This document shows, piece by piece, positions 49,847 through 58,896 of a DNA stretch of 64,000 nucleotides. Both the position numbers and the translations under genes were made by a program. Source of the DNA: Nitrospirales bacterium (GTDB lineage: Bacteria > Nitrospirota > Nitrospiria > Nitrospirales > UBA8639); contig JBFWRU010000005.1 in NCBI GenBank assembly GCA_050248735.1, positions 39,607-103,606 on the forward strand. Reading direction: 5' to 3'. The notes under the pieces are model-generated. The model was not told the DNA's origin. It saw only the letters and a list, made by a program, of their open reading frames with translations, and made no database searches. Each line of letters begins with the position of its first letter. The stretch's first letter is position 1.

Positions 49847-50710
49847 ATGAAAATTATCCTAGCTACCGACGGCTCTCCCTGCTCAACCTTTGCCTTACAA
49901 ACCCTTGCACATTTTGCGCCCCCGGACGAATGTACGCTGGTCCATGCCCTCGCACTTCCCGATCTGAACTATCCCCTCATCACCCCTGACGTAAGGGAAG
50001 AAGCCCAACGGACCATCACCACTCAACTTCGCCAGGAAGGAGAGGAACTGCTGAGACAAGCCCGCGGTCAGATCCCTTCCGACTTTTCCAAAGTGGAATG
50101 TCTCCATCAAATCGGACATCCGGTGGACGTGATTCTGGAAACCGCCAAGTCCTCGCATGCCGATCTGATCCTTTTGGGGGCGAGAGGGCTCGGGCAGTTT
50201 CAAGAATTGATCCTAGGCAGCGTTTCTCACCGGATTGTGCTACATGCCCCATGTTCTACTCTCGTGGTGAAGGCGCCGATCAAACAGGTACAAAAAATTC
50301 TTCTTCCCATTGAAGGAGAAGAGGACGCCAGCATTGCTGTTCAGTTTTTAGGGTTACGGCCTTTCCGCCATGCGGTGGATATTCAGGTATTTAGTGTGTG
50401 GCCCCAACCACAACTCCCCTGGCCCACCACAGTCGGCCAATCTACAATCATGGAAACTCAGGCCTTGGAAGATGCTCAGAGCAAACTGGATGGGGTCACC
50501 CAACGCCTCCTGAAAATGAATTACGCCTGTCAGTCCCAGGTCGGATTAGGCAATCCGGCCTTGGCCATCATGGAACAGGCCAAATCCTTCCAGCCGGATC
50601 TGATTATGATGGGCACTCATCATCGCGGCGGACTCTCGCGGTTTCTCATGGGAAGTGTTTCCCATTCTCTTCATCATCAAACGAACTATCCGATTCTGCT
50701 TGTTCGATAA
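49847..50710 (+). CDS. Tandem universal stress protein
   Basis: MKIILATDGSPCS, GARGLGQFQELILGSVSHRIVLHAPCSTLVV, and a second domain GTHHRGGLSRFLMGSVSHSL. The ORF track starts at the TTG at 49841. Confidence 0.85.
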   Translation: MKIILATDGSPCSTFALQTLAHFAPPDECTLVHALALPDLNYPLITPDVREEAQRTITTQLRQEGEELLRQARGQIPSDFSKVECLHQIGHPVDVILETAKSSHADLILLGARGLGQFQELILGSVSHRIVLHAPCSTLVVKAPIKQVQKILLPIEGEEDASIAVQFLGLRPFRHAVDIQVFSVWPQPQLPWPTTVGQSTIMETQALEDAQSKLDGVTQRLLKMNYACQSQVGLGNPALAIMEQAKSFQPDLIMMGTHHRGGLSRFLMGSVSHSLHHQTNYPILLVR

Positions 50711-50852
50711 CGTCTCTCATCCCTGCCCGTTCGGCTTTGTGGCCATCTGCCACAGCTTTCCTCAAATTGAAAAAGCTTGAAAACGGTGGTCTATCCAAAT
50801 TCCCGTGAGTTTTCGTGTGGTTCTCTTTATGGATTTAGCCCCTGACCATCCA

Positions 50853-50868
50853 TGGCATATTGATTGCT
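50853..50868 (+). promoter_or_regulatory. Sigma-54 (-24/-12) promoter
   Basis: TGGCATATTGATTGCT lies 56 nt upstream of the hsp20 ATG at 50925. Confidence 0.8.
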
Positions 50869-50924
50869 ACTTTTGGTGAGTGAAACAGTCACCCAATGGT
50901 GAGTTTAGAGTAAGGAGGATAATC

Positions 50925-51380
50925 ATGGCTGCCGTTACCCGATGGGATCCATTTCGAGAGTTGGACGACCTTCAACACCGTTTATCAACCATGTTTGGCC
51001 GTGCGCCCGTGAGGAAAGAGGGGGAACGCCAGGAAGCTTTGCGTGTGGCTGAGTGGGCACCTCTGGTTGATATTACCGAAGATGCCAAAGAATATCTTAT
51101 TAAAGCCGAACTTCCGGAAATTAAAAAAGAAGAAGTCAAAATCAGCGTACAAAACGATGTGTTGGCCATTTCCGGCGAGAGAAAGTATGAGAAAGAGGAA
51201 AAAGATAAAAAGTTTCATCGGATCGAACGGGCCTACGGAAGTTTTGCGCGAAGCTTTACCATTCCGGAAGACGCCGATCCGGAACGAGTTTCCGCGGAAT
51301 TTGAAAATGGTCTGTTACGCGTGCATATTCCCAAAACCGAACGGGCCAAAACCAAAAGTATTGAGGTGAAAGTGTCCTGA
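50925..51380 (+). CDS. Hsp20/alpha-crystallin family small heat-shock protein
   Basis: RBS TAAGGAGGA upstream. Motifs WDPFRELDDL, PLVDITEDAKEYLIKAELPEIKKEEVKISV, and AYGSFARSFTIPEDAD...ENGLLRVHIPK. Confidence 0.9.
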   Translation: MAAVTRWDPFRELDDLQHRLSTMFGRAPVRKEGERQEALRVAEWAPLVDITEDAKEYLIKAELPEIKKEEVKISVQNDVLAISGERKYEKEEKDKKFHRIERAYGSFARSFTIPEDADPERVSAEFENGLLRVHIPKTERAKTKSIEVKVS

Positions 51381-51517
51381 GGAAATTCTGTCTCTCGGCG
51401 CATCACGAGGCGTGAGACCGGTGTGGCCCTAATGACCGGAGCCAAGTCTCTCACAAGATTAAACGAAGCACGGCAAGAACAGTCATTGACTCAACAGCAA
51501 GAAGGAGAATCCACATC

Positions 51518-51949
51518 ATGACCATTCATCGTCAACTGGGACCACGTCGGGTCGGACTGGGGCTCCTGGCGGCGGGGATTCTTGTGGCGGCGAGCCTGTC
51601 CCCTTCAAGCGCCCAGATCCAGCAGGACGTGTATGTCACCATTCAGGACTATAATTTTCATACCACTCAGATGCCGCTGCAACTCCACACGGACACCTTT
51701 ATCTATATCAAAAATTTGGATGAAGTCCGCCATGACTTCGGGTCTAATATGTTTTTACATACACTGACCCATGTTGAGAACAATGGTGTCGTGGCCTATG
51801 GCAAGGGGTTGGAAGGCGCCTATATCGATCCCGGCAAGGAGGCGGTCATTCATCTGGTCTTGGATAAACCGGGACGGTTTCAATTTGAATGTTCCATTCA
51901 CAAGGACATGAAGGGTGAGATTCTTTTAATGACTGTCGATGCGGTATAA
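51518..51949 (+). CDS. Exported cupredoxin (type-1 copper, plastocyanin/azurin-like) protein
   Basis: RBS GAAGGAGAA, signal peptide with an RR (GPRRVGLGLLAAG). Candidate Cu ligands are H (VRHDF), C-x2-H (ECSIH) and M (DMKG). Confidence 0.7.
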   Translation: MTIHRQLGPRRVGLGLLAAGILVAASLSPSSAQIQQDVYVTIQDYNFHTTQMPLQLHTDTFIYIKNLDEVRHDFGSNMFLHTLTHVENNGVVAYGKGLEGAYIDPGKEAVIHLVLDKPGRFQFECSIHKDMKGEILLMTVDAV

Positions 51950-52064
51950 GACGAAGGCCTCCGGACATCATGAACGCCCCACATACCGTAAGGACTTTCT
52001 CTAGGGTCTGTTCACCCTTTCTGTTCCACCGATAAGAACGTCGTACGAAAGGCACGAAACGCTC

Positions 52065-53027
52065 ATGATCAAATTTGCGACCAATATCTTGTTCGCGACG
52101 GATTTTTCCGAAAGTGCGACTCCAGCGTTTCGCTATTCGTTGGAATGGGCCAAAGCCCTCGACTCCTCCCTCACACTACTCAACGTGCAATCGCTCCCAC
52201 TAGGGCTCGATCTGGACGCGTCGGTTTCTCAACGCTTTTTGGACGAACAACGGGAGACCGCCCAGACCAGACTCGAGAGCCTGCTGACCGAAACCCGTAG
52301 GGAGATTTCCTCCGCAACCGCCCAACACCTGACCGGCATGCCTTCCGAACAAATTTGTCAATTCGCCAGGGACAAGCATTGCGACCTGATCATCATGGGC
52401 ACGCATGGATGGTCGGGAATCGATCGGGTGTTATTCGGAAGCGTGACCGAGCGGGTCATTGCCCGGGCTCCCTGTCCCGTCCTGTCAATCCCGCTTCGGA
52501 AAGCGGAGGAAATCGCCGCTATGCATACGTTAAACCCGACTCCTCGGCATATCATTCTGCCGCTCGATTTTTCAGAATGCGCTCTTGAAGCCTATGAATT
52601 CGCCGTCCAGATTGCCAAATGGTTCGATTCGGCTTTGACCTTGGTATATGCCATTGAACCATTGTCCTATAGTTTGGACTTCACATTGACCCACCCTCTT
52701 CAGGACAAAGCAAACAGAAAGAAAGTGCAGGACCGACTGGTCGAACTGACGGAAGTGCTGACCAAACAGGGAATGACCGCGGAGTATGAAGTACTGGAAA
52801 AACCGGCCATGGATGCGGCATTCGAAACAAGCACGACCAGGCAGGCGGACCTGATCGTCATGGGCACGCACGGACGAAAAGGGTTGTCAAAGCTCGTGAT
52901 GGGCAGCGTGACCGGAAAGGTGTTGCAACACAGTCCTTATCCGGTCCTGACCGTCAAAAGCCCGAAATTTGAGGGAGGACACCATCAAGGTTCTGACACC
53001 AGACAGGGGGCCAAAGCACAAAGATAA
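52065..53027 (+). CDS. Tandem universal stress protein
   Basis: NILFATDFSESA, GTHGWSGIDRVLFGSVTERVIARAPCPVLSI, and a second domain GTHGRKGLSKLVMGSVTGKVLQHSPYPVLTV. Confidence 0.85.
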   Translation: MIKFATNILFATDFSESATPAFRYSLEWAKALDSSLTLLNVQSLPLGLDLDASVSQRFLDEQRETAQTRLESLLTETRREISSATAQHLTGMPSEQICQFARDKHCDLIIMGTHGWSGIDRVLFGSVTERVIARAPCPVLSIPLRKAEEIAAMHTLNPTPRHIILPLDFSECALEAYEFAVQIAKWFDSALTLVYAIEPLSYSLDFTLTHPLQDKANRKKVQDRLVELTEVLTKQGMTAEYEVLEKPAMDAAFETSTTRQADLIVMGTHGRKGLSKLVMGSVTGKVLQHSPYPVLTVKSPKFEGGHHQGSDTRQGAKAQR

Positions 53028-53044
53028 GGAACAAATTTGGCCTC

Positions 53045-54403
53045 ATGACCCAACAGAACACCCCGGTACCGGTTCCCAACAAGGAAGGGTTACAACACCT
53101 TCTGGTCCGGTTAGCCAAACAATCCCAACAGAGTGACTTCCAGGCCCAACGCCAATCGGCGCTGAGCCTGGCTCTGGAACCCTATTTGGATCCTCTCACC
53201 GCGCAATATCTTTCTCCCCTCGAAGAAGAAATTCAGTTGGCCGAATGGTATCTCGTTGCGGATTACTTCCCGACGGATGGGCATCCCTCTCTGATCGAGC
53301 AAATCCGCGACACGATCACCGAGCATGTCCCCGAAGAAGAACGCCTATGGCTTGATCCGGTCCGACATTCGTATATGGATGTATTGACCATCCTGAACGC
53401 CGATTCATCTACCACACCCAATCGTCTTGACCTCCAATCCCTGGGGGACCAACAACAGTTTCAGGTTACCTATCCGATTAACCCCGCACTCCAGAAAAAC
53501 CGGGTGCTGCTCACCAGGCTCATACGGGGACCATCCGTCACCTACCTTCCCGGACCGCCCCTGATTCTGTCAGAAGCCATGGGGAACGTCCTCATGACCT
53601 TCGCTCAGGCCCTGAGGCGACACATTGAATTCAACACGGGAAACTTTGCGCTTGCCGAGTGGCCGGAATTCTCCAAGCAATACGGTTATCTCTTGATTTG
53701 GAGTCTGGCCAGGCTCAGAGGCGGGACCATGACCGCGGCCGATCAGCAGGTGACGTACTGGACTGAATCAGGCCAGCCGTTTTTGTATGCCATTGCCCTG
53801 TATGCGCATTGCGAGTTTCGAAGCTTGGCAACAGGATTGAACGAATGGAAACAGCTGCGTCCCCACCCCCACAATCATTCCATTGACCCTACGAACACTA
53901 AACCATCGGACCTTCGCGAATGGATCGAACTCAGCCCAAAATCGGACAGGCCTTCGTACGCAGTTGCCCGTCTGACCCTGACTCCGACCCAACTGATCGT
54001 TGAGGCAGATTCGGCTGCACGCCTGGATGACCTCAAACATCAATTGGCAGCCACCTTTGGATTCTCCCTGCACTTTAAGGGAGAAACGCTGACGCCTCCA
54101 TCCCACTCCCCGCCACACGTGGATTTATTGGCGACGGAATATGTAGCCCCTCCTGTCACTGTTTCGGTGAAAGAGGAAACCAGGCTGTTATCCTCGTTTC
54201 TCGAGAAAGTCTATTTGGAATGGGCGGAACAACCTAGCCCAACTCTCAACAATGAGACTCCCCGCCATTACGGCCGGGATGTCCAAGGTAAACAAGCGGT
54301 CGCCGCCCTGATCGACCAGATGGAAACACACGATCTGGGCCTTCGACGGACGGGGAAACCGGCATACGATTACCAGACCCTTCGATCACACATCGGCATT
54401 TAG
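53045..54403 (+). CDS. Hypothetical 452-aa soluble protein, family not recognised
   Basis: Long clean ORF lying 17 nt after the usp gene and 14 nt before hydB. There are no TM segments or catalytic motifs I can name. Confidence 0.7.
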   Translation: MTQQNTPVPVPNKEGLQHLLVRLAKQSQQSDFQAQRQSALSLALEPYLDPLTAQYLSPLEEEIQLAEWYLVADYFPTDGHPSLIEQIRDTITEHVPEEERLWLDPVRHSYMDVLTILNADSSTTPNRLDLQSLGDQQQFQVTYPINPALQKNRVLLTRLIRGPSVTYLPGPPLILSEAMGNVLMTFAQALRRHIEFNTGNFALAEWPEFSKQYGYLLIWSLARLRGGTMTAADQQVTYWTESGQPFLYAIALYAHCEFRSLATGLNEWKQLRPHPHNHSIDPTNTKPSDLREWIELSPKSDRPSYAVARLTLTPTQLIVEADSAARLDDLKHQLAATFGFSLHFKGETLTPPSHSPPHVDLLATEYVAPPVTVSVKEETRLLSSFLEKVYLEWAEQPSPTLNNETPRHYGRDVQGKQAVAALIDQMETHDLGLRRTGKPAYDYQTLRSHIGI

Positions 54404-54417
54404 GATAGGCTATCCCT

Positions 54418-55539
54418 ATGGATGCAGACACGGAACAACTTCATGTCCCCAAACTCCTGCTCCGCGCAGATTTCCCGCAACTCCTTCAGGCACTCAGGAA
54501 GCTCGGCTATCACATTATCGGGCCGGTGTTGTCACAAGGATCAATCCAATGGAAGGAAGTTCATGCGGTCGAGGATCTGCCGGTCGGATGGAAAGACCAC
54601 CAGGAGCCGGGACACTATCGACTGGAACCGGATCCCGCTCCTCGCTACTTCAATGTGGTGCATGGCCCGGAGTCGCTCAAATCTCTCACGTTTGCGCGGC
54701 GAGAAACCCTCCTGGTCCTGGACCGACGGGACAACACATTCTCAGCCAAAGAAATCCATCCCGACATCCAACCAACTGCCGTCTTGGGAGTTCGAGCGTG
54801 TGACCTGGCCGGCCTGGCCATTCAGGACACCATATTCTTGAATGGCACCTATCCTGATCCCTATTACCAACAGCGTCGGGACCAACTGTTCCTTGTGGCC
54901 GTCAACTGTACCAGGGCCCTATCAACCTGTTTTTGCGCATCAATGAAGACAGGGCCAAAGGCTGAAGAAGGGTACGATCTCAGTCTCACGGAAGCGGATG
55001 AAGATTTTCTGATTGAGGCTGGGAGCCAGGCAGGGGTGAAAGTCCTGGAACAACTGCCCTGTTCAGTCGCACCACAAGAACGGATGACCCAGGACGAGGA
55101 ACGAATAACAGCCTGCGCATCGAGTCAAACCCGAAACCTGCCCCAGTCGGCGTTACCGGATGTCCTGTATGAAGCCCACGACCACCCCCGGTGGGATCAA
55201 GTCGCTACACGCTGTTTATCCTGCACCAATTGTACAATGGTCTGCCCAACCTGCTTCTGCCACGGCGTGGAGGAGACACCCTCACTCGATGCTCAACACA
55301 CGGAACATACCCGTGTATGGGATTCCTGCTTCACATCCGATCACGGGTATATCCACGGGAAAAATTTCCGTCCCACCACCAAAGACCGCTATCGCATGTG
55401 GCTCACACACAAACTCGCTACCTGGGTCGATCAATTCGGTATGTCAGGCTGCGTCGGATGCGGGCGCTGCATCACCTGGTGCCCGGTAGGCATCGACCTC
55501 ACGGAAGAAGTCCGAGTCCTCTCCCAACCGCCTCAATAA
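54418..55539 (+). CDS. hydB: 4Fe-4S cluster subunit, sulfhydrogenase beta (HydB)/AsrA-like
   Basis: 373 aa with [16 protein letters not shown] and [14 protein letters not shown] ferredoxin-type motifs. The N-terminal domain is colinear with AsrA/HydB-type proteins. Confidence 0.7.
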   Translation: MDADTEQLHVPKLLLRADFPQLLQALRKLGYHIIGPVLSQGSIQWKEVHAVEDLPVGWKDHQEPGHYRLEPDPAPRYFNVVHGPESLKSLTFARRETLLVLDRRDNTFSAKEIHPDIQPTAVLGVRACDLAGLAIQDTIFLNGTYPDPYYQQRRDQLFLVAVNCTRALSTCFCASMKTGPKAEEGYDLSLTEADEDFLIEAGSQAGVKVLEQLPCSVAPQERMTQDEERITACASSQTRNLPQSALPDVLYEAHDHPRWDQVATRCLSCTNCTMVCPTCFCHGVEETPSLDAQHTEHTRVWDSCFTSDHGYIHGKNFRPTTKDRYRMWLTHKLATWVDQFGMSGCVGCGRCITWCPVGIDLTEEVRVLSQPPQ

Positions 55540-55652
55540 CTTGACCTTTCACGGTCTCTACCTACCCTGTCTTGAGGCAATCCTCTGAAAACAATCGGGG
55601 TTATCCTTCCCGTTAACGAAGTATCGCCACAGGGATTCACAACTCTCTTTTT

Positions 55653-56060
55653 TTAACGGCCGGTTGGAGTTTGAGTCTGCCCCGGCTGAGTCGGCAACGT
55701 CACGCAAGGCCCGCAGTTTTCAGTGTGCGCATATTCCGGCTCACCTGGTCCGCTGAGACATTTGACCATCTTTTGACTGCAGGTCATCACCCCATCCTGA
55801 CCATTCACTTTACAGGCACGACTGACGGTTGAAGTGGTCACCGGAGCGACAGATCCATTTGCACAGTAAGGATCGGCTGGTGGAGATGGCATCCCACCGC
55901 CTCCCTTCTTTCCTAAACCTTGAATTTCATCGGATTGGAATGGTTTCACATCCTTTCGCTCCATTTCCATTTCCCTCGCCTGAATCAGATCGATTGAAAC
56001 TCCCGCCAACAGAAACATTCCCAACATGGCCATGACGAAACCGCTTCCCTGGCTTTTCAT
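55653..56060 (-). CDS. Small secreted Cys-rich hypothetical protein
   Basis: RBS AAGGGAGG upstream of the ATG at 56060, signal peptide MKSQGSGFVMAMLGMFLLAGVSIDLIQA. The mature part has six Cys and a P/T/Q-rich tail. Confidence 0.5.
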   Translation of the reverse strand: MKSQGSGFVMAMLGMFLLAGVSIDLIQAREMEMERKDVKPFQSDEIQGLGKKGGGGMPSPPADPYCANGSVAPVTTSTVSRACKVNGQDGVMTCSQKMVKCLSGPGEPEYAHTENCGPCVTLPTQPGQTQTPTGR

Positions 56061-56369
56061 AATTCTTGCCTCCCTTAATAACTTTGAACATGTTGCGATT
56101 CTCATGCTCCCCGCAAAATGCAGGTCTTGTCCCAGGGAAATTCTGAACAAAAAAAGACAACATTCTCATTGAATTTCAATAATCGATGGTGACGAATTCA
56201 GTTGTTTGAGAAAGAGGTGATGAACCAAACGGATACCCCCCTGTATCAATTCGGATACCCCGAAGAACGAGCAGAGAGTTTTAGAAAGAAGGGCTGATGA
56301 GGCAGAAACTGGCCGGCTTAAAAATGAAGAAGGAGGTAATGGTGAAGAGAGACGTAGCTCAGGGATTTG

Positions 56370-56777
56370 CTACATTCGTTTCTTCATATGCTCCATAAGA
56401 TCTTTTCGAAACTTTTCCATCGCGCCATGGGCATCCGGCTGAATCATTTTAACACCGCTGGCAATCAACACTTTGGCAATACCCCCGCAGATGGCCAACA
56501 ACAATATGCAGAAAAACACCCCCGTTACATAATAAAATGAATCCGGCACGATGATGGCCTCCGATGAAGCCTTGATCGTGATCGTAATGGATTCCAGAGG
56601 AATGAGATTGGACACGATCTCCCTGACGCCATCCCCGGTGATCAACTGGTAAATGATGGTCACCACCCATGCTGCCAAACCTACCCCAAGTCCAAGAAGA
56701 ATCATCCCCATCGTCCTCGTATGATTACCGGACTTGTCAGGCTCGGTAGGGTCTGGCCAATTCGGATCCATCATCAT
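56370..56777 (-). CDS. Hypothetical 2-TM membrane protein
   Basis: 135-aa ORF lying 48 nt downstream of the EncFtn-like gene on the same strand. It has two hydrophobic helices. Confidence 0.55.
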   Translation of the reverse strand: MMMDPNWPDPTEPDKSGNHTRTMGMILLGLGVGLAAWVVTIIYQLITGDGVREIVSNLIPLESITITIKASSEAIIVPDSFYYVTGVFFCILLLAICGGIAKVLIASGVKMIQPDAHGAMEKFRKDLMEHMKKRM

Positions 56778-56825
56778 GACCCTTAATTCAGGAAAATAAG
56801 ATGATCAGGGTGGGGTGCCGCCTGG

Positions 56826-57113
56826 CTACTTGTGCGCGATAGACTTCTCCGTAAACAGATAGGCCTTTAATTCCTTGGAGAAAGCCGAATCCTTGCGTCG
56901 AATCCATTCCAGCACCATCGCCGCATGCTCTTTCTCCTCATCTCGATTGTGCTTGAGAATCGCCTTCAGTTCCTCGTCCTTGCACGCATCAGCACGCTGG
57001 TTATACCAATCAACAGCCTCCAGCTCTTCCATTAACGAAACAATAGCTCTATGCATATCGCGCGTTTCATTCGACAACTCCTCGATGGGCTCGTGATAAC
57101 CAACGCTAGCCAT
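56826..57113 (-). CDS. Encapsulated-ferritin (EncFtn)-like ferritin-like protein, lacking a C-terminal encapsulin-targeting peptide
   Basis: 95 aa with HRAIVSLMEELEAVDWYNQR and HNRDEEKEHAAMVLEWIRR, colinear with the Rhodospirillum rubrum EncFtn ferroxidase-centre segments. The protein ends at YLFTEKSIAHK. Confidence 0.8.
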   Translation of the reverse strand: MASVGYHEPIEELSNETRDMHRAIVSLMEELEAVDWYNQRADACKDEELKAILKHNRDEEKEHAAMVLEWIRRKDSAFSKELKAYLFTEKSIAHK

Positions 57114-57407
57114 ATTACCCTCCTATCATGTTAATGCGATAACGAAAATGAAATCACGGGATCGGCGAATACCCCGCAAATAAAACCGGGATTTTCACCA
57201 TACGCCACTGAGTCTAAGAAGAGGCCTGCAGGATGTCAAACACTTTTCCGGTAAAACCGAATTCCGGAATTCTGCCAATTCTCAATCAAGCACTTGCCCA
57301 AAATGGCCTTGGATAGAGAGCAGGCTGTCAACGCGTTTTTCCCAACTGGGGCTTCAGGTGAACTCCTTGAAAAGCCTGACTAGAGGATCGCACCCCTGGC
57401 TTTCCTT

Positions 57408-57782
57408 TTAGGAAGCGGCAAAAGCGTTATCGATAACATATAACCAGGAACCATCCGGCTGTTTCCGGACAACTTCTGCGGTGTGTGAGAAAAATTCGAT
57501 GGGTTGATGATCGGGGCCGGTGGCAACCAGGCGCCAGGAGGCTTGGAGAAGCGCCAGGTCACCGGCTTGGTGGCAGGAGAGCGTTTCGATCTGCATCCGT
57601 CCGTTGAGATTAAGAAAGACCATGAGTGCTTCCCGAATACCAGCATGGCCAACCACCTGTTGTCCCGGCTGAGGAACAAGAACAGCATCCGGCTCATACA
57701 AGGCGATCAAATCATCCATCTTTCCGGCATTGAAGGCCTCCGCAAAGGCGGCATGCATTTTCTGAGGATCGTTCACTTTCAT
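57408..57782 (-). CDS. SnoaL/DUF4440-like (NTF2-fold) protein
   Basis: 124 aa with FAEAFNAGKMDDLIALYEPDAVLV...DGSWLYVID, typical of NTF2-like small proteins. Confidence 0.7.
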   Translation of the reverse strand: MKVNDPQKMHAAFAEAFNAGKMDDLIALYEPDAVLVPQPGQQVVGHAGIREALMVFLNLNGRMQIETLSCHQAGDLALLQASWRLVATGPDHQPIEFFSHTAEVVRKQPDGSWLYVIDNAFAAS

Positions 57783-57896
57783 AGAATTTCCTGTTCCACT
57801 TCTTCCCCAATACCCATTAAGAGGTCAGGCTCGATTGACACCAATACCGGCATGGTCATTTCTGGTCTCATCCATTTCAAGGGTTAGATGGCAGAT

Positions 57897-58160
57897 CTAT
57901 CTTTCACGATAGACCTCTCGTCGATGTCCTACTTTCACCACAATGACCACGAGATCCTGGTCCTGTATTTCGTATACGATTCGATACATGCCCTGCCGCA
58001 CTCGAAATCTTTCTTGTCCAGATAATTTTTCGCTCTCTTCCGGTCGTGGATCATCCGCTAAAGCGTCAATGCGCTTAAGAATACGATCTAAATCGCGTTG
58101 GGGTATGGATCGAAAATCTTTGGTAACAGACTTTTTAAAGATTAGCCTATATTTGGCCAT
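57897..58160 (-). CDS. Type II toxin, RelE/ParE superfamily
   Basis: 87 aa with YRIVYEIQDQDLVVIVVKVGHRREVY. It overlaps the upstream antitoxin gene by 14 nt. Confidence 0.8.
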   Translation of the reverse strand: MAKYRLIFKKSVTKDFRSIPQRDLDRILKRIDALADDPRPEESEKLSGQERFRVRQGMYRIVYEIQDQDLVVIVVKVGHRREVYRER

Positions 58161-58380
58161 GAGCCTTCAGATCGTTCAGAAGTTCTTCATAGCTGAGCGT
58201 AGGCTCGCTGGCACGCTCCTGGAAAGCAGCCAGATCTTCCTGATCCTCGGCCAGGGCCAATCGTACGGCATCATTGACGATGTCGGAGACGGACCTATTG
58301 GTGTGTGCAGCCTTAATTCGCAGGGCAGCATGAAGATTTTCATCGAAGTAGACTGTCGACCTCTTGGATGTTGTTCCCAT
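58147..58380 (-). CDS. Ribbon-helix-helix (CopG-like) antitoxin
   Basis: 77 aa with an RHH N-terminus STVYFDENLHAALRIKAAHTNRSVSDIVNDAVRLAL and an acidic C-terminal toxin-binding tail. Confidence 0.75.
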   Translation of the reverse strand: MGTTSKRSTVYFDENLHAALRIKAAHTNRSVSDIVNDAVRLALAEDQEDLAAFQERASEPTLSYEELLNDLKAHGQI

Positions 58381-58409
58381 AAATCATGCCTCCTTCCTTC
58401 CATACATCA

Positions 58410-58441
58410 TAGCGCTTTAGCATCAAAACGTCAAAGCGCTA
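58410..58441. promoter_or_regulatory. Inverted repeat TAGCGCTTT-N14-AAAGCGCTA, candidate RHH-antitoxin operator
   Basis: Nine-bp arms at 58410-18 and 58433-41, lying 30-60 nt upstream of the antitoxin start (58380, minus strand). Confidence 0.35.
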
Positions 58442-58509
58442 AAACAACAAAGAGGTTGCAACAGCAAAAATCGCATTACATTTCAAATGCTAATTTATCT
58501 CTGACGCAA

Positions 58510-58812
58510 TCAGTCATAACCATACAGCCATTTGGTCGTGGCATGATGAATGTTTTTGACTGAATGTTGCGCCCTTTTCGGAATGAACACCTCGTCTCCC
58601 GATTCAGCGATGAACGCTTCTCCCTCAATCGTCAATCGCAATTTGCCTTCAACAACAGTGACCAGTTCATTGGTTGTATGGACAAAATCGTTCCATTCCT
58701 TCCCCGGAGGATCGACAAACAGGTTGCACGAATATCCCCGCTTACTCCATGACCGGGCAACCTCATCGCGATTCAGAGGGACAGCAAACTTCTTCGGGGT
58801 GACATATTGCAT
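58510..58812 (-). CDS. Cupin-domain protein
   Basis: About 100 aa with NELVTVVEGKLRLTIEGE..ESGDEVFIPKRAQHSVKN, a cupin beta-barrel pattern. ATG at 58812; the ORF track starts at the TTG at 58839. Confidence 0.7.
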   Translation of the reverse strand: MQYVTPKKFAVPLNRDEVARSWSKRGYSCNLFVDPPGKEWNDFVHTTNELVTVVEGKLRLTIEGEAFIAESGDEVFIPKRAQHSVKNIHHATTKWLYGYD

Positions 58813-58896
58813 GGAATCTTTTCTGATCAGAAGGTTCAAGTTGCAAAGCGGACAGATTGGGGTGCCCCCTTCTCAAGTGAATTCTAAAAAATGGGG

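Noticed and set aside
57137-57155. Fur-box-like sequence GATAACGAAAATGAAATCA upstream of the EncFtn-like gene
   Set aside because: Only about 11 of 19 positions match GATAATGATAATCATTATC by my count, which is too weak without a proper matrix score.
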